Below the pieces are notes generated by a model. That model did no database searches. It saw only the letters and a program-made list of their open reading frames with translations, and was not told the origin of the DNA. Below, in pieces: positions 19,657-20,000 of a stretch of DNA of 20,000 nucleotides (position 1 is its first letter; each line of letters opens with the position of its first letter). Origin of the DNA: Fistulifera solaris (Eukaryota); contig AP026131.1 in NCBI GenBank assembly GCA_030295235.1, forward strand, positions 1,470,475 through 1,490,474. Direction: 5' to 3'. The position numbers and the translations under genes were made by a program.

Positions 19657-20000
19657 TAGGGTTAGGGTTAGGGTTAGGGTTAGGGTTAGGGTTAGGGTTA
19701 GGGTTAGGGTTAGGGTTAGGGTTAGGGTTAGGGTTAGGGTTAGGGTTAGGGTTAGGGTTAGGGTTAGGGTTAGGGTTAGGGTTAGGGTTAGGGTTAGGGT
19801 TAGGGTTAGGGTTAGGGTTAGGGTTAGGGTTAGGGTTAGGGTTAGGGTTAGGGTTAGGGTTAGGGGTTAGGGTTAGGGTTAGGGTTAGGGTTAGGGTTAG
19901 GGTTAGGGTTAGGGTTAGGGTTAGGGTTAGGGTTAGGGTTAGGGTTAGGGTTAGGGTTAGGAGTTAGGAGTTAGGGTTAGGGTTAGGAGTTAGGGTTAGG
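19657..20000 (+). repeat. Telomeric (TTAGGG)n array, ~57 units, G-rich strand running to the window end
   Basis: Read directly; a few TTAGGGG and TTAGGAG variants in the distal part. Confidence 0.99.

Noticed and set aside
19653..19967. (LG)n(VR)n ORF
   Set aside because: Translation of the telomeric repeat.

Overview
This is the terminal 20 kb of a eukaryotic chromosome arm, ending in a (TTAGGG)n telomere. It is most likely from a diatom, inferred from short GT-AG introns, compact gene spacing, a CoDi-like copia element and a DUF285 gene. From left to right: (1) a 787-bp TA-flanked MITE with ~225-bp TIRs, nested in an ~80-bp palindromic mini-element that recurs as a cluster at ~5.8-6.0 kb; (2) a 3-exon large NAD-glutamate dehydrogenase; (3) a small secreted Cys-rich protein; (4) an intact fusion of an SDMT/DSYE-like SAM methyltransferase with a D-2-hydroxyacid dehydrogenase, a candidate two-step DMSP-pathway enzyme; (5) a basic protein with a duplicated P-x-G-[RK]-A-P-K...W-D...W motif; (6) a secreted, probably GPI-anchored YHYH-domain protein with a ~189-aa insert containing 50 Cys; (7) several broken ORFs and a DUF285/BspA-like gene; (8) a Ty1/copia 3' fragment (RT end, RNase H, PPT, 3' LTR) cut inside RT and capped directly by telomeric repeats. 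Many genes carry small indels, mostly single bases in short homopolymers, so long-read consensus error must be excluded before calling pseudogenes.
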